A stretch of DNA of 63,888 bases, filler included, from Globobulimina sp. (GCA_003354225.1; 46 parts of 46 records of this genome joined end to end with filler, not necessarily neighbours in it), one strand, 5' to 3'. Shown: positions 1-12,528, counted from the first letter of the whole stretch. Notes: generated from the sequence alone by a model not told the origin. Program-made: numbers and translations.

Positions 1-98
1 AACCATTCCTTTATGCTTTCATTTTATGTTTGTGACACCATTCATATTGCTTAATAAATTAACGTCGATCATTAAAGGCAATTAAAATATATACACAA

Positions 99-380
99 TC
101 ATATCTCAACTGTTGGGAATCGATTAATAATTCTCTGTCGCAAAGCTTTTGGTAAGGGACGTTTGAAAAAACGATATAAAGGTTGATATCTGGCACATAA
201 AGGAATGGTTAGTATCCACGTTGCAAAATAACAAGCTTTGAATGTAATTAATACTTTTGGAATATCAGCAGGCGACACATTCTTTTTTTTCAGGTATTGT
301 TTTAATCTGTCAGTGATTCTAAACAATCCAAACACCATTAATATAATTAATGTTTTTTTAAAACTCAACTTAACCAACAA
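99..380 (-). CDS. Hypothetical protein, probable first exon(s), partial
   Basis: 93-aa ORF with a hydrophobic segment (ACYFATWILTIPLC); no recognisable family. Confidence 0.35.
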   Translation of the reverse strand: MLVKLSFKKTLIILMVFGLFRITDRLKQYLKKKNVSPADIPKVLITFKACYFATWILTIPLCARYQPLYRFFKRPLPKALRQRIINRFPTVEI

Positions 381-1292
381 TAAGTTTAGTAAACCAAAAG
401 AATGTATGATTTTAATTAAAGCTATATCGATATTAATTAAAATAGAATTAAAGTTTGCAAGAGATCATAGGCAATTATGATACATATTGACGAGAAAGTG
501 TGCAAGAGATCAAAATACAAATCAAGCATCAGATTAATAATATATATATATCCCGCAAAACATGTATGACAATAAAATTGACCATCTCCTGTATATATTG
601 GAATGTGTGATAAATATAGCCAAGTATTTTGGCTTTGTAATGTGTTTTACGCGACTGCTGTGACATATTTTAGAATATTAACAATATCTTAATTTATAAA
701 TTACATTTTCGAAGCATATTGATTATGATGACGAGATTTTGATTCATTTCTTTTCAATAATTCTTGGAAAATTATTTTTGAGCCTAATTGTATCAACTCA
801 AATTTGTTCATTATATACGTTTATCAAAATATGATGATAAGAGATCACAATTCTGTTCATCAAATATTTGCTGGACTTCGTCAAGAAAAAATTTGTAATA
901 ATTTCGAACCATTACAGATTTATAAGCTTGTTTGAATGAGGAAACTCTGGTTTCTCTTTTTAACCACGCAATTATTATTCTCTTTTTTTTGCCATTGGAA
1001 CATTATTATTATTATTAAGGTAGTACAGGAACTAAGCAATTAGGATTTATATGACATGATAATATAAGGCTAGATTAAAGAGAATTCAATGGAATTCAAA
1101 AATTCTTTCAACAAACAATAGCTATGATCCTCAGGTATGTTTGTACATGAAATAAATTATGTTTCTGTTGTACATGATATTCAGAAACAAAGGCAAACAC
1201 TACACGTTTTTGGGATGATTGGTTTATATATGCATCAAATTAGCTCGCAATATTAACTTTGAATAAAATTCCTTTGAGATGTGAACACATCC

Positions 1293-1392
1293 NNNNNNNN
1301 NNNNNNNNNNNNNNNNNNNNNNNNNNNNNNNNNNNNTTAATTAATTAANNNNNNNNNNNNNNNNNNNNNNNNNNNNNNNNNNNNNNNNNNNN
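1293..1392. other. Artificial contig linker N44-TTAATTAATTAA-N44 (first of 45 copies)
   Basis: Identical 100-bp spacer every 1390-1392 bp; inter-linker lengths fall 1292>1291>1290 and sum exactly to 63888. Confidence 0.99.
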
Positions 1393-2013
1393 AACAATTT
1401 CTTGCCAAATACGGCATTGTTTAGATGCATTATCCAATCATTGAAATGCAACGCATCATCGCAGCAAAATAAATAGGTTCGATATTTCATTCGTAATTCA
1501 AAGCAAAAATAACGAGTCTTCTCGAAGCTAATTAGTTTGTGGTATATGGCAAAATATATTGTGTAGAATGTAGATATTTCTGTGTTTGTTATAATCAATT
1601 AACTCAATAACAATCTCATCGCCGATTTGGTCTTCCTCATCGGCATCGCCTTCGTGTCCTTTTTTGGGCTTCTTTTGTTTTGGTGGTTTGTTTACAATTT
1701 TTACAGCGCGGACTTCGTGCATTGACAGCATGCCCATTGGGTCTTTGCCGTAAATTTCTTCAGTTTGAGAGGGCCAATAGGCCAATTTTCTGTTTTTATA
1801 AAGAACAAAATATCGTAATTTAAAGCTTCTTGCGACATTGCCAAGTTTTAATAGAGTGCCTTGCATCATTACTTCTGGGGAATTCATGCCAGAGGCAAAT
1901 CGATTGTAAAACAATGCGGCAGAATTTTGTTTGTCGTGTCTGGAACTACTCATATACGACGCCATGATTTGTGATCGACGATTTTTAAAATGATGTTTAA
2001 TGTAATTATTCAT
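1393..2013 (-). CDS. PH-domain protein, 3'-partial, intron 1528-1603
   Basis: MQGTLLKLG..RSFKLRYFVL..LAYW; removing a 76-nt GT-AG intron gives DFEKTRYFCFEL..RTYLF..FNDWIMHL, the PH C-terminal helix. Confidence 0.85.
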
Positions 2014-2201
2014 TCAGAGTGTAAATAACGTTTTTTTTGCAAACACATTCCCTTTTGCAACGAAAATGTTTCTCTCCCTACACAAAAAGAAATAGTTTAC
2101 ATAAAAAAGAAAGTCAATCCTCGGATATACGTAGGTAAACAACTATTTCTTTTTGTGGTTGATTTGAATTATTAGTTTTCCGTTTATTTGTATCACCAAA
2201 C

Positions 2202-2684
2202 ATGTCCACAATGTATCCAATACGCATGCCAGCAGCAAAAAGACAACGAACCAGTATCTCCACGGAAAATAAAATATTATATCCACTTAAATTATCGTAT
2301 ATACATAAAAACAGAAGCAATAACGATTACAAATCCCCCTCTTCATCGCCTGAATTACCGAAATGTTCCTTAGTTGTGGTGATGGATTATTTGGATACAC
2401 AGTCTCTCCATACACTCACTCAAACATCGGCCTCAATGTGCAAAGCAGCCAATAAATATAAAAAATATCAGCAAAAAGTGAATAAAAACAATACAAAAAA
2501 CATCCCGATTAATGCAACGAAAACAAACAAGGATGACATTGTTATGGACGATTTGGATATAAATACAAATGTATCTTCGCTCTCACTCTCTTTATCTGTG
2601 TCATGCGGCAATGTGCCTTCGTTATCACTCAATGTAGCATCGCAAGCTCAATCGTATGATAATAATGATGTATTTGATACGGAT
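2202..2684 (+). CDS. F-box-like protein, 3'-partial
   Basis: ELPKCSLVVVMDYLDTQSLHTLTQTSASM matches the F-box pattern; head-to-head with the PH gene. Confidence 0.5.
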
Positions 2685-2784
2685 NNNNNNNNNNNNNNNN
2701 NNNNNNNNNNNNNNNNNNNNNNNNNNNNTTAATTAATTAANNNNNNNNNNNNNNNNNNNNNNNNNNNNNNNNNNNNNNNNNNNN

Positions 2785-4052
2785 TCTATGATGGATTTAT
2801 AATAGTTTAAGGTGGATTGATTGGTTGTTTCCATATCAAATCCAGAATCAAATGAAAAGGCTAAGATTTCCATGCCAGTTTCAGCACATTGCTCAATCAT
2901 TGCATACAATGAGTTATTGCTCATATTTATAGTCTGTGTGTAAACGGGCGCTTCAGTTATGGTCGGGGACAGCAACGACATCATTCGCCGCCGAGCAAGA
3001 CCTTGCCGCTCTAACTCAAAACTTTCAAAAAACAGTTCAAATGTGCGAAAACTTTGAAAAAAGGCGTTAAGTGTTCCCGGTAAGTCTGGCGCCAAACGGA
3101 CAGCCCATTGACTTTGTTCATCCTTTGCACCATAATAAGTTATCATAGTTGGCTCATATCCGCCGTAATTAGCAGATGCAAACATGACTGCGTCGGTATC
3201 GCGCGACCATCGAATAAACGCACCCCTTTTTACATCCACATCTGTTTCAATCCACAATTTGCCTGGAAAGGGTACCATGGATAACTGTCGATTGCCCCAA
3301 TTCCAATCTTGTTCACCTACACCATACGGGATGTTTAATTTTAATTCTTCCACTTGAACATACGTCAAATATATGTCGGCAGTTTGTGATGGATTTGTGG
3401 AGCTAATAAATATTTGTTTGGAGAGCAATGGTATTCCCTGAAACATTTCATATTGAATCGTCACCGTAATCAAATTGCGTATATTTGCAGGGGCACTCGG
3501 TGGCGCTTTAAATGTGACATTTAATTGTAATCCTTTTGGCGGCCAATTTAAATATGCAAAGGAACCACGACTGCCTGGCGTCCATTTGTATAATTTATTG
3601 CATTGGGTCGAGAAGGAATAATTTTCAAAGGTCCAGGTCGTTGAATTTATTTTCAGATTCTCTCTGTTTAAAAACGATTCATCCCAAAATGCAGCGGTTG
3701 TATTTATATTATTTATATAGGAAACACCGCCAATTGAATAATTTTTATAATCGAAGCCTATGATGGCTTCCGGACTAAATGGTGAACGTAAGGCATATTC
3801 GGGTCGTGTTGACACTAAATACGAATTGTATTCAATGGTAAAAAAATTGGGTGAAATAATAAATTTGCGCGATATTAAAGTGTTTGATAATTCAATACAT
3901 TCAAATCCATTGTAATCACAGCTTGTTAATTCAACCGCGGGAAATGAGTTCAAGTCAGTGATTAACCAATCGGGTGGTTTTGAGCGACAGACATTTGGGA
4001 TGATGGAACCAATTAGAAACACAAAGGCTGTACGAAACATGCTTTTCAACAA
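2785..4052 (-). CDS. Secreted putative alpha-galactosidase-like glycoside hydrolase, 3'-partial
   Basis: Signal peptide; SFRTFEL..ERQGLARRRMMSLLSP and IEQCAETGME...SFDSGFDME motifs recalled from an uncharacterised alpha-galactosidase-like family. Confidence 0.6.
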
Positions 4053-4675
4053 CTCAGCAGTAAAGAGTTTTTCATGNNNNNNNNNNNNNNNNNNNNNNNN
4101 NNNNNNNNNNNNNNNNNNNNTTAATTAATTAANNNNNNNNNNNNNNNNNNNNNNNNNNNNNNNNNNNNNNNNNNNNCAATCACAAAAGAAGTGTCAAAAA
4201 AGAAGTGTGAACCTAAAAAGTCAATTATTAATAACGACGAATCCCCTTTGGGTCAAATATAAAATATTGATGTTGGAATCGATCAAGTTGTTCGAATTCA
4301 TTTTATGTTTCATAATTTTCTTTTTTGTACAATGGATTATATTCAATATCAGGACAACTGATAGGGATTCGTTTGTTTTGTGTTTCCCATATTTTTAAAC
4401 AACAGTAATACATTCTGTCCAAATCTTGTTGGCATCTTTCTGGTTTGGTTACATTTCTTCCCAGACAAGCAGCTGTGTGCAAAATAATATTTTATTTTCT
4501 ATCTATTCATTTTAAACATATATAACCGTGAATTCTGGCTTCTTTGTAGCACTTTCTGCGTTTGGACCAATCATCGTCTGGAAATCTGGAATTGCCTGCC
4601 ATAATTACCTAAAATTCACAACTATCATTTTCCATCTTTCAACAAATTTGAGTACAGTTTTCAATTATTTATTGC

Positions 4676-5263
4676 ATGGCTTTCAGAAAGAGAAAGAGTA
4701 AAAAACTGGGTAAAATGCAGGGAGTATATGAGGTGGGAGACTTAGTATTATTAAATAAGAAACGACAAGGAATCATTCGATATGTTGGACAATTACTTAA
4801 CAAAAATGGTGTTTGGTATGGAATTGAATTAACAGATAAAAATGAAGGAGAAAATAATGGAAATCTTGGTAAACACCAATACTTTGAATGTCAGGTTAAA
4901 GGCAAAGGAATATTTGTTAAACCAAAGCATTTGATACAAATCTTACCGAAATTACATGATTCAGACGAGATAGAAGGTGGTGGTCAGTCAAATGTAAATA
5001 TTAATTCGATGTTTATGATGTTACAAAAAGTATCCAATTCGAAAAGTGTTAGTTTAGAAAAAGATGTGTTGCGATTAAATAAGAGATTGGAAATATATAA
5101 GGATGCGGAGATTGAAGCAAAACGAATGAAAATTTTACAAGATTTGAATAATTTAAAACCCATTGAGTTAATGGAAAAATTGAGCCAATATATGCTAAAT
5201 ACGGATATGAATGTTGATAAAATACAAATGCTACAAAAGATGATCAACTGTCAATTGCAATGA
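4676..5263 (+). CDS. CAP-Gly domain protein
   Basis: VGDLV..GIIRYVG..GVWYGIEL..GENNG..QYFEC..GIFV is a classic CAP-Gly signature. Confidence 0.92.
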   Translation: MAFRKRKSKKLGKMQGVYEVGDLVLLNKKRQGIIRYVGQLLNKNGVWYGIELTDKNEGENNGNLGKHQYFECQVKGKGIFVKPKHLIQILPKLHDSDEIEGGGQSNVNINSMFMMLQKVSNSKSVSLEKDVLRLNKRLEIYKDAEIEAKRMKILQDLNNLKPIELMEKLSQYMLNTDMNVDKIQMLQKMINCQLQ

Positions 5264-5339
5264 ATTTGAGATTGTATTATTTGTCGAATCTTTTTTTTGG
5301 TGTTGTTTCGTTTAAATTAAATGTCAAACAAGAAAAACA

Positions 5340-5364
5340 GAGCCTAGGTTTCCTAAATAGTTGC
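5340..5364 (+). mobile_element. Terminal inverted repeat of a MITE-like family
   Basis: GAGCCTAGGTTTCCTAAATAGTTGC is the exact reverse complement of 57833-57857. Confidence 0.7.
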
Positions 5365-5958
5365 CGCGCAACTTTTTAGTTGATATTTCAGACCAAAAAA
5401 CGCAGGGTTTTCAAATGTTGGTTGGTTATGACAAAGCTTTATCATGACATCTTTTCTTATCATAACATNNNNNNNNNNNNNNNNNNNNNNNNNNNNNNNN
5501 NNNNNNNNNNNNTTAATTAATTAANNNNNNNNNNNNNNNNNNNNNNNNNNNNNNNNNNNNNNNNNNNNTGGCTTAATAAAGAAAATGCCCTGCAGTAGGT
5601 GGGGCAAAATGTTATTTTACCGTTATTTCGATCGATAGCGGGGTGGGTTGTCCATAAACAAAATGTAAACATTGTATGACGTTTTCCTTTTCATATAAAT
5701 GGTGTCTGAATATGTATAATTCTGGTGCTAACAGTTAAAACGGTATATTAAACTGTTTTAAAAGCATAATATTTGCCGTAATAATGCATATAAACATTTT
5801 TGATTAAATCGCTATGCGTAAATAGATTGAGAATTGTTTAGAATATGTTACATCATAATTGTCAGTCGTTTAAAAAGGGATCTGATACTGGGGATTTTTT
5901 TAATAAACCGTTATCCGGCCAAAATAATATGATTCGATAAATTATCACATTATAAAAT

Positions 5959-6282
5959 ATGAGATTTTTGTCAACTTTAGTTTTGTTTTTTTGCACGGTT
6001 CAAATGGGTAATGGTGACTGCAAGTTAACGAAGAAGTTGTACGTATGCAAAGGACCACTGACTATAGATCAATTTGTGATCGCCAATTCGGGAAGTGTTG
6101 AAAAATTCTCCCTCAAAAACCCTGATATCACCTTCTCAGTCGACCGGCCGATAGATATTAACCTTTTATTCCCTAATTTGACCTACTTATCGGTTCCGAA
6201 ACGTCTATGCAAGATGTTCTGTACCACCAAATTCATAGAAAAGCCTGGGAGATGTAACAATGTGTCGAAATGTATGCATTAA
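5959..6282 (+). CDS. Small secreted Cys-containing protein, first exon
   Basis: Signal peptide; C-x8-C-KG, LRR-like FPNLTYLSV, CxxFC; short intron-like segments follow. Confidence 0.55.
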   Translation: MRFLSTLVLFFCTVQMGNGDCKLTKKLYVCKGPLTIDQFVIANSGSVEKFSLKNPDITFSVDRPIDINLLFPNLTYLSVPKRLCKMFCTTKFIEKPGRCNNVSKCMH

Positions 6283-7040
6283 TATAATATATATATATTG
6301 ATTAATCTCTTTTTTTCGGTATTTTTAGGTTGTGGGCCGGTTGCACAATTATCAATCCCTACACTGAACGGTGTGTATCTGTAATTCAATATATTGAAGT
6401 TATGCCTGATTAAGTTTTTAAAATTTTAGATATGGGTCGATCTGTTTTTAGTGCTAATAATCTTGGTATGGTGAATAAAACGGTTCCAACAAACCAATCC
6501 GGTGTTATTGATGAAACTGTTGGTAAAATTAGTATATACCCATTTTATTTATTATGGCTTGGCAACGCTGTATTGATATAATATCAATATTAGGGCTCGC
6601 CAAATTCGCAAAATTATGTATATTCTTAACACGTAACAATACCTACCGTTACAGTCGACAATGTTAACTACTGATTTCTCCCTCCATAACGGTAGCTTTT
6701 ATGTATGTTCTAGTCATAGGTGATGCAGAGTGTCTCTAACCTGTGGGTATTTGAATGGGTGTTAGTTTATTCCACTCAATAATGGGTAATTGATAGGGAT
6801 TATACCCTTTTACCCGTTCATAACATAGACAGTTAGTAACTGATTTGGCTGAAACAATCTNNNNNNNNNNNNNNNNNNNNNNNNNNNNNNNNNNNNNNNN
6901 NNNNTTAATTAATTAANNNNNNNNNNNNNNNNNNNNNNNNNNNNNNNNNNNNNNNNNNNNTTTTTTTTTTTTTTTTTGAATAATTTTAATATAATAAATA
7001 GTTGGATTGAGAGTGATTTGGCACTGATTTGATTTGATAA

Positions 7041-7112
7041 ATATGCACATTGAGACATGCAGATTGATGGAGATATGCACATTGAGAGATATGCACATTG
7101 AGAGATATGAGA
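7041..7112. repeat. Degenerate tandem repeat (ATTGAGAGATATGCAC-like)
   Basis: About 4 imperfect copies visible. Confidence 0.6.
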
Positions 7113-8449
7113 GTGATAATATATTACAATATTCCTCTCTCTCTTCCAGCGATATGGTTTTATTTAAATAATATTATTTTATATTAATTTTTATTCAATA
7201 TTTCCTCTCTCTATCTTCCAGCGGTATTGCTCGTGTGTTTATGGTATTATTTTGTGTTTATTATACTTGTTTAGTGTTTACTTTTTATTGTAACATACGT
7301 GATATTTCTGTAAAACTCAGAAAATATCCGTTATGTTGTTACGTTTTAAAGTTATTTAAAAAATTTAGTGTTTGTTAAAAAAAAAATATTTAGTTATCTA
7401 CCAATAATATATTGTGTTTTATTGTACTTCCACAGTTATAAGGATTTCCAGGCCCTTACGTAGGGTTTCCAGGCCCTTTCGTGTCGACAGTGAACAACAA
7501 AATATTATGGTATCAACATTCAACAGCTTCATACGTTGTAACCTCACCAAAGTTATCCGTGTGTTGTTAAAAATAAATTATTATTATATAAACAAAACAA
7601 ATAAAAATTTAAGTAAACGTTATGCCGTTATCCGGCTTGTAAAACAAAGTTGGATCTATTTCTTACATTAACACAAAGACGAGACAATGTTCTCGCTGTC
7701 GTTTATTAAGCAATGTTATTATTACATACATGTAATTTTATTGGGATTGGATTGATTGGAATCATCAGCGAATATCCATAAAATAATAATTTTTAATATT
7801 ATTTTGTTTGGTTGGAATTTCTGGATATTTCTAATAAGGATTCAATAATAAATTATTATTATTTGCTGATTAATTTTTTTATGTAAAACGTTTTTCTTTT
7901 CTTGCTTTGAGTGTTGTTATAATATCATACATAATTCCATTGATGTATGTAATATCCATTTCACTCTCTTCTGTTTTGAAAAACGTTTTGTCCGAATGTG
8001 TCAATGTGATAACGTTTCCATAATTATCATTGATTGACCATTTTCCTATTCTCTTGCTACTGCTTTTCTTTTTTTTGATCGAAAGTACAGTCGGAAGGAC
8101 CAGATAAGATCGGGGTCGACGCACCATTTATGGTATACAGTGGAGTCTAGGTGGATAATGACTAGCTAGTAAATGTTAAATTAAAGTAGAAAACAGTCTT
8201 AGTTGTCAGTTTACCACATTGGATTAGAATTTTTGAATAATAGGAGTGTATANNNNNNNNNNNNNNNNNNNNNNNNNNNNNNNNNNNNNNNNNNNNTTAA
8301 TTAATTAANNNNNNNNNNNNNNNNNNNNNNNNNNNNNNNNNNNNNNNNNNNNTACCACTTACTAAATAATATTTTTTTGATCATTTCATGAATGAAGCAA
8401 TATGCCTATAATACAAATTAAAAAATACAATATTAAATACAAAAAATAA

Positions 8450-9644
8450 TTATGCTTTTGATATTAACAAATCATTGAATGATGTTGGATGCTGTGTGAC
8501 CATTAATTCCCAGTCCTTATCCAAGAATGAACCTGCATACGCGATAAATGTTTCTTTTGTACATTTAACAAAAACACCAAGTATCGTGATATTGGTCAGA
8601 TTCGTTGCATTTATGTTATCCAAAATGCTCAACAAATAATTAAAAAAATTATCAAAAACTATAACGACCTGATCTTTTTTCACAATGATGCTCTCACAAT
8701 TTTTGTATAATGTTCCTATTTCATGAAAAGGTAACAATAAATCGGAATAGTTTGATCCACTCAAATGTTCCAAAAAATTATACAAATAATTAGTATGAGA
8801 TAAATCTATTTCCACTGTTTTTTTACGTTTACAATACATATTAAATAATTTATAAATATAATCAGGATATTCATTCTCACATTTCATACCGGTGCCGAGT
8901 TCATACAATGCTAAATCAGAAATAATATTAAAATAATCTTGTATGACAATATCATTTTTATCTGTTTCGGATAACGGCGCATTGGCAATAATAATATTTT
9001 CGTAACATTCCAATGCTTTCATACAATGTTGGTAATTTTCCCATTGATTCAATTTGTTGCTAAATACTTTCAAACTATGCATTTTTAACAATTGAGCACA
9101 AAAAAACAGTTTTTCTTCTTCCATTCCATAATAACTTACAAAGGCACAATTGAAAAATTTCAAAGCTGAATAATTTTGTCTCATATCCAAAATTATTCCC
9201 TTTTGCATACCATCAAATATAACAGCTACAGTTAATTGTGAAGTTGTTGAAATCGGTGCATTTAACCTTATTAAAAATTTATTAACAAATGGTAAGGAAT
9301 CAGTTGAGTGATAAAATGATGTCAGCAGTGTTGATTGTGTATTCTCACCAAATATGTCAATACTTTCCCTTAATAACAATGACCAATGCACATAGAAACT
9401 ATGTCTTTCTTTCAATGATCCATTCGATTCATTATCTGATATTTTCGTAAAGGTTGCACGCAATGTTTGGGATAAACGGTTGTAATCAGTAAACAATATG
9501 ATACTTAATAAATGTTCTTCGGTCAATGTTATGTGATTTGATTCTATTTTATTTTCAATGTTTTTCATATGTTCTGTGTCGAGCAGTTTTTCTACTTTTT
9601 TCACACTGCATTGATAATCAAATATTGGTAATTTATCAATTATT
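8450..9644 (-). CDS. ADP-ribosyltransferase-like domain protein, 5'-partial
   Basis: FYH...PISTT.QLTVAVIF...GIIL...VSYYGMEEEKLF parallels the R / STS / ExE motifs of ARTs. Confidence 0.55.
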
Positions 9645-9744
9645 NNNNNNNNNNNNNNNNNNNNNNNNNNNNNNNNNNNNNNNNNNNNTTAATTAATTAA
9701 NNNNNNNNNNNNNNNNNNNNNNNNNNNNNNNNNNNNNNNNNNNN

Positions 9745-10536
9745 TTTGATATATTTCATGATCGGAATATTGATGTAATGACAGATATGGAGGAAGCTAT
9801 GCGTATTGCAGTTAAAAATAAATGGGGAAATTGCAAGCTACATATTTGTTTTTTCCATTATGTCCAAGCAATATTTACTAATTTAGGTAAGAAAGGTTTA
9901 TTCAGTGTGTATCGGAGCGATGGAAAAGATAATGATTATGATTTTTATGCATTTGGTCGATGTTATATGTGCTTAGCATTAATTCATCCATCGGTTGTTA
10001 TTCGAGGATGGAATTTATTGTATGACAATGTAGAGAAATTTACGCCGAGTGATTATCAATCGCGAATGTGGAAATTTGTGAGTTATCATCGTGGTTTTTA
10101 TATGAAAAATTTTGAATATATCAAGGCATGGAATGTGTATCGATTATTGATAAGAACATCAAATAGTTTGGAATGCAGAAATTTTGTAAATAATAAAAGA
10201 TTTGGCGCTCATCCTAAATGGTTTAAGTGGTGTTTAAAAACAATGGAAATGTTTGCGAATGGTTATAATGATTATATTGCATGGAAAGAAAGTGGTGTAA
10301 CGCATAGACGTGGACGGCGAGAGGTATTTAAAAATCGTAGATTGGATGAATTGTGGTATACTATGGATGTGAAAATTGTACGAATAGAATTGGATGATGG
10401 AAAGATTGAGTTTAATACCACCAAAGTTACAGATAAGGACATTTTAGATTTTCTTAATGAGGCTTCTAAAGCCATGAAAGTTGATGCTGATACATTGGCT
10501 CAAATGTGCTACAAATTTGACCTTGAAAATAGTTAG
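9745..10536 (+). mobile_element. MULE (Mutator-like) transposase, C-terminal part
   Basis: VMTDMEEAMRIAV...HICFFHYVQAI (D, CxxH) and WNV..RTSNSLE (catalytic E); ORF open from the contig start. Confidence 0.88.
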
Positions 10537-10563
10537 ATATGTATCTTTTTATTATTTATAGTT

Positions 10564-10681
10564 AGATCACAGTAAAATCACAGTCAGATCACAGTCAGAT
10601 CACAGTAAGATCACAGATCATAGTCAGATCACAGTCAGATCATAGTCAGATCATAGAGCATATAGATCATAGTGAGATCAT
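10564..10681. repeat. 11-bp tandem repeat AGATCA(C/T)AGTC, about 10 imperfect copies
   Basis: Directly visible just after the transposase stop. Confidence 0.9.
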
Positions 10682-10917
10682 GATCTCTCGATCTATCACA
10701 TGGACCTGGGAAACTGCAGTCGTGATTGTTGTAAAATCTTCATCAAAAATTTGCATCAATACATTTAAAGATGTTGTATTATGGCAGGTACTGATAGTAA
10801 TTTCATCGTATATGTCATTGAAAATGAAACTGAAATTTAATACTTTAGATCCAGCATAATTTAAACTGGACAAAGTGAATTGAGGTTGGTGAATCGTCTG
10901 AGAGTCGGCGCAATTAA

Positions 10918-11010
10918 GAGGCTGGGCGTTCTAAATAGTTACAAAATAGTTACGCCTAACTATTTTGTAACTATTTTGTAACTTTTTAGTAACTATTTAG
11001 TAACTATTTA
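10918..11010 (+). mobile_element. TIR-like end with a 20-bp perfect hairpin and GTAACTATTT(T/A) repeats
   Basis: 10918-10942 matches the 5340 TIR at 19/25; AAATAGTTACAAAATAGTTA-cgcc-TAACTATTTTGTAACTATTT at 10933-10976. Confidence 0.6.
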
Positions 11011-11213
11011 ACAATGGTGCGAAACCATTATTACTCNNNNNNNNNNNNNNNNNNNNNNNNNNNNNNNNNNNNNNNNNNNNTTAATTAATTAANNNNNNNN
11101 NNNNNNNNNNNNNNNNNNNNNNNNNNNNNNNNNNNNCCCCGATGTAGCCAAGCAGCGTTGTTGCTATGGCTAAACTGATCAGCTATACGTAAAACTTTTG
11201 ATACAACTATATC

Positions 11214-11700
11214 ATGGCAACTTCGCTTCTTATAATTCTGACAATATTGCAATATGTATTGATTGATACAAATGGGACAGTTCCGTGTTCGTGTAAATCA
11301 TACGAATGCGGTGAATATAATTCCAATTCGAACGCAAATGAATATTCTGAATGTGTCAATGGAAATGATGATTATTCCGGACTTACATCGTGTGAACATT
11401 GTGATAAGTGTTATGAAAACATATGTTCCTGTAATTCCAAAACAGAATGTGATGTAGAATTTGATTGTTGGTGTTCCTGTATTATGTGCGTGTGGATGGT
11501 GTATGTGTTGGTGTTATGAGGATGGTAATGATTGCATTATTGAATGCTGTGTCTATGATACGTTGGACACAGAAGATACTTATTTGGAGTTACAAAATAA
11601 CCACGATACGAATGAAAGGAATATAGAAGAACCACAAACAAAAACAGCACAAATGGGGGAAACTGAATATTATGCAACAAAGAATGATGAAGTTGAATAA
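11214..11700 (+). pseudogene. Cys-rich single-pass membrane protein with an apparent frameshift near 11460
   Basis: Signal peptide and Cys-rich ectodomain in one frame; TM-like LIVGVPVLCACGWCMCWC and acidic tail in another. Confidence 0.5.
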
Positions 11701-11825
11701 AAAAAAAAAAGTTGTGTGCATTGAATGTGTCTATTTGCAGTTGTTTTGTGAATGCAATATTTCAAATAACACACAAGAGATAGATAAATAGTATGAAATC
11801 ATTTGTTGTTTACATAAATAGTAAA

Positions 11826-12230
11826 TCAATCAGACGATGCATTGTTTTCTTCCTTTGCAGCAGTGACTGAATGAACGTGTGTCTCCACTAAGTGCGCTAA
11901 AGCAGCGGTCATTTCTTTTTTCTGTTGAGAGAGCTGAGCCATATTCCATTTTTTTTCAGATCTGTTCCTAAATAAATTAGTTTTCATGTCAGTAGCTGGC
12001 AAATCTCCATCTAAATCTATGCTCCTCTCCAAATCTCTTATTTCACCATCACTCAACTTATGATCCTCTAATTCCTGACAAGCATTCATTTGATCCATTT
12101 CTTGATGCATTGCTACAACTTCTTCGTCAATTTCCTTTTGTTTATCCCTCTCAAACTTGGCTTGTTCAATCGCCACGTTTTCAAATGACGCCAGCGAACT
12201 TACCGACGACTCATCATTGTCATCCTAACA
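11826..12230 (-). CDS. Hypothetical coiled-coil protein, last exon
   Basis: Charged helical ORF of about 130 aa preceded by a TTGTTAG acceptor-like site. Confidence 0.45.
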
Positions 12231-12528
12231 ACAAATATTGCGACCAACGTACCAAAGTACGTACGTACACACACAAGCGATGTAAGTTGATGTTTATCGT
12301 AATATTTTTATAGGATTTGTTATATACAAACATGTTGGTTTGTACCTGTATAAAAAGTGTAACTAAATGTATATTTTAACTTATTTGCACATCATCTTTC
12401 GATACGCATCAACTTACTGTGCACATTTNNNNNNNNNNNNNNNNNNNNNNNNNNNNNNNNNNNNNNNNNNNNTTAATTAATTAANNNNNNNNNNNNNNNN
12501 NNNNNNNNNNNNNNNNNNNNNNNNNNNN

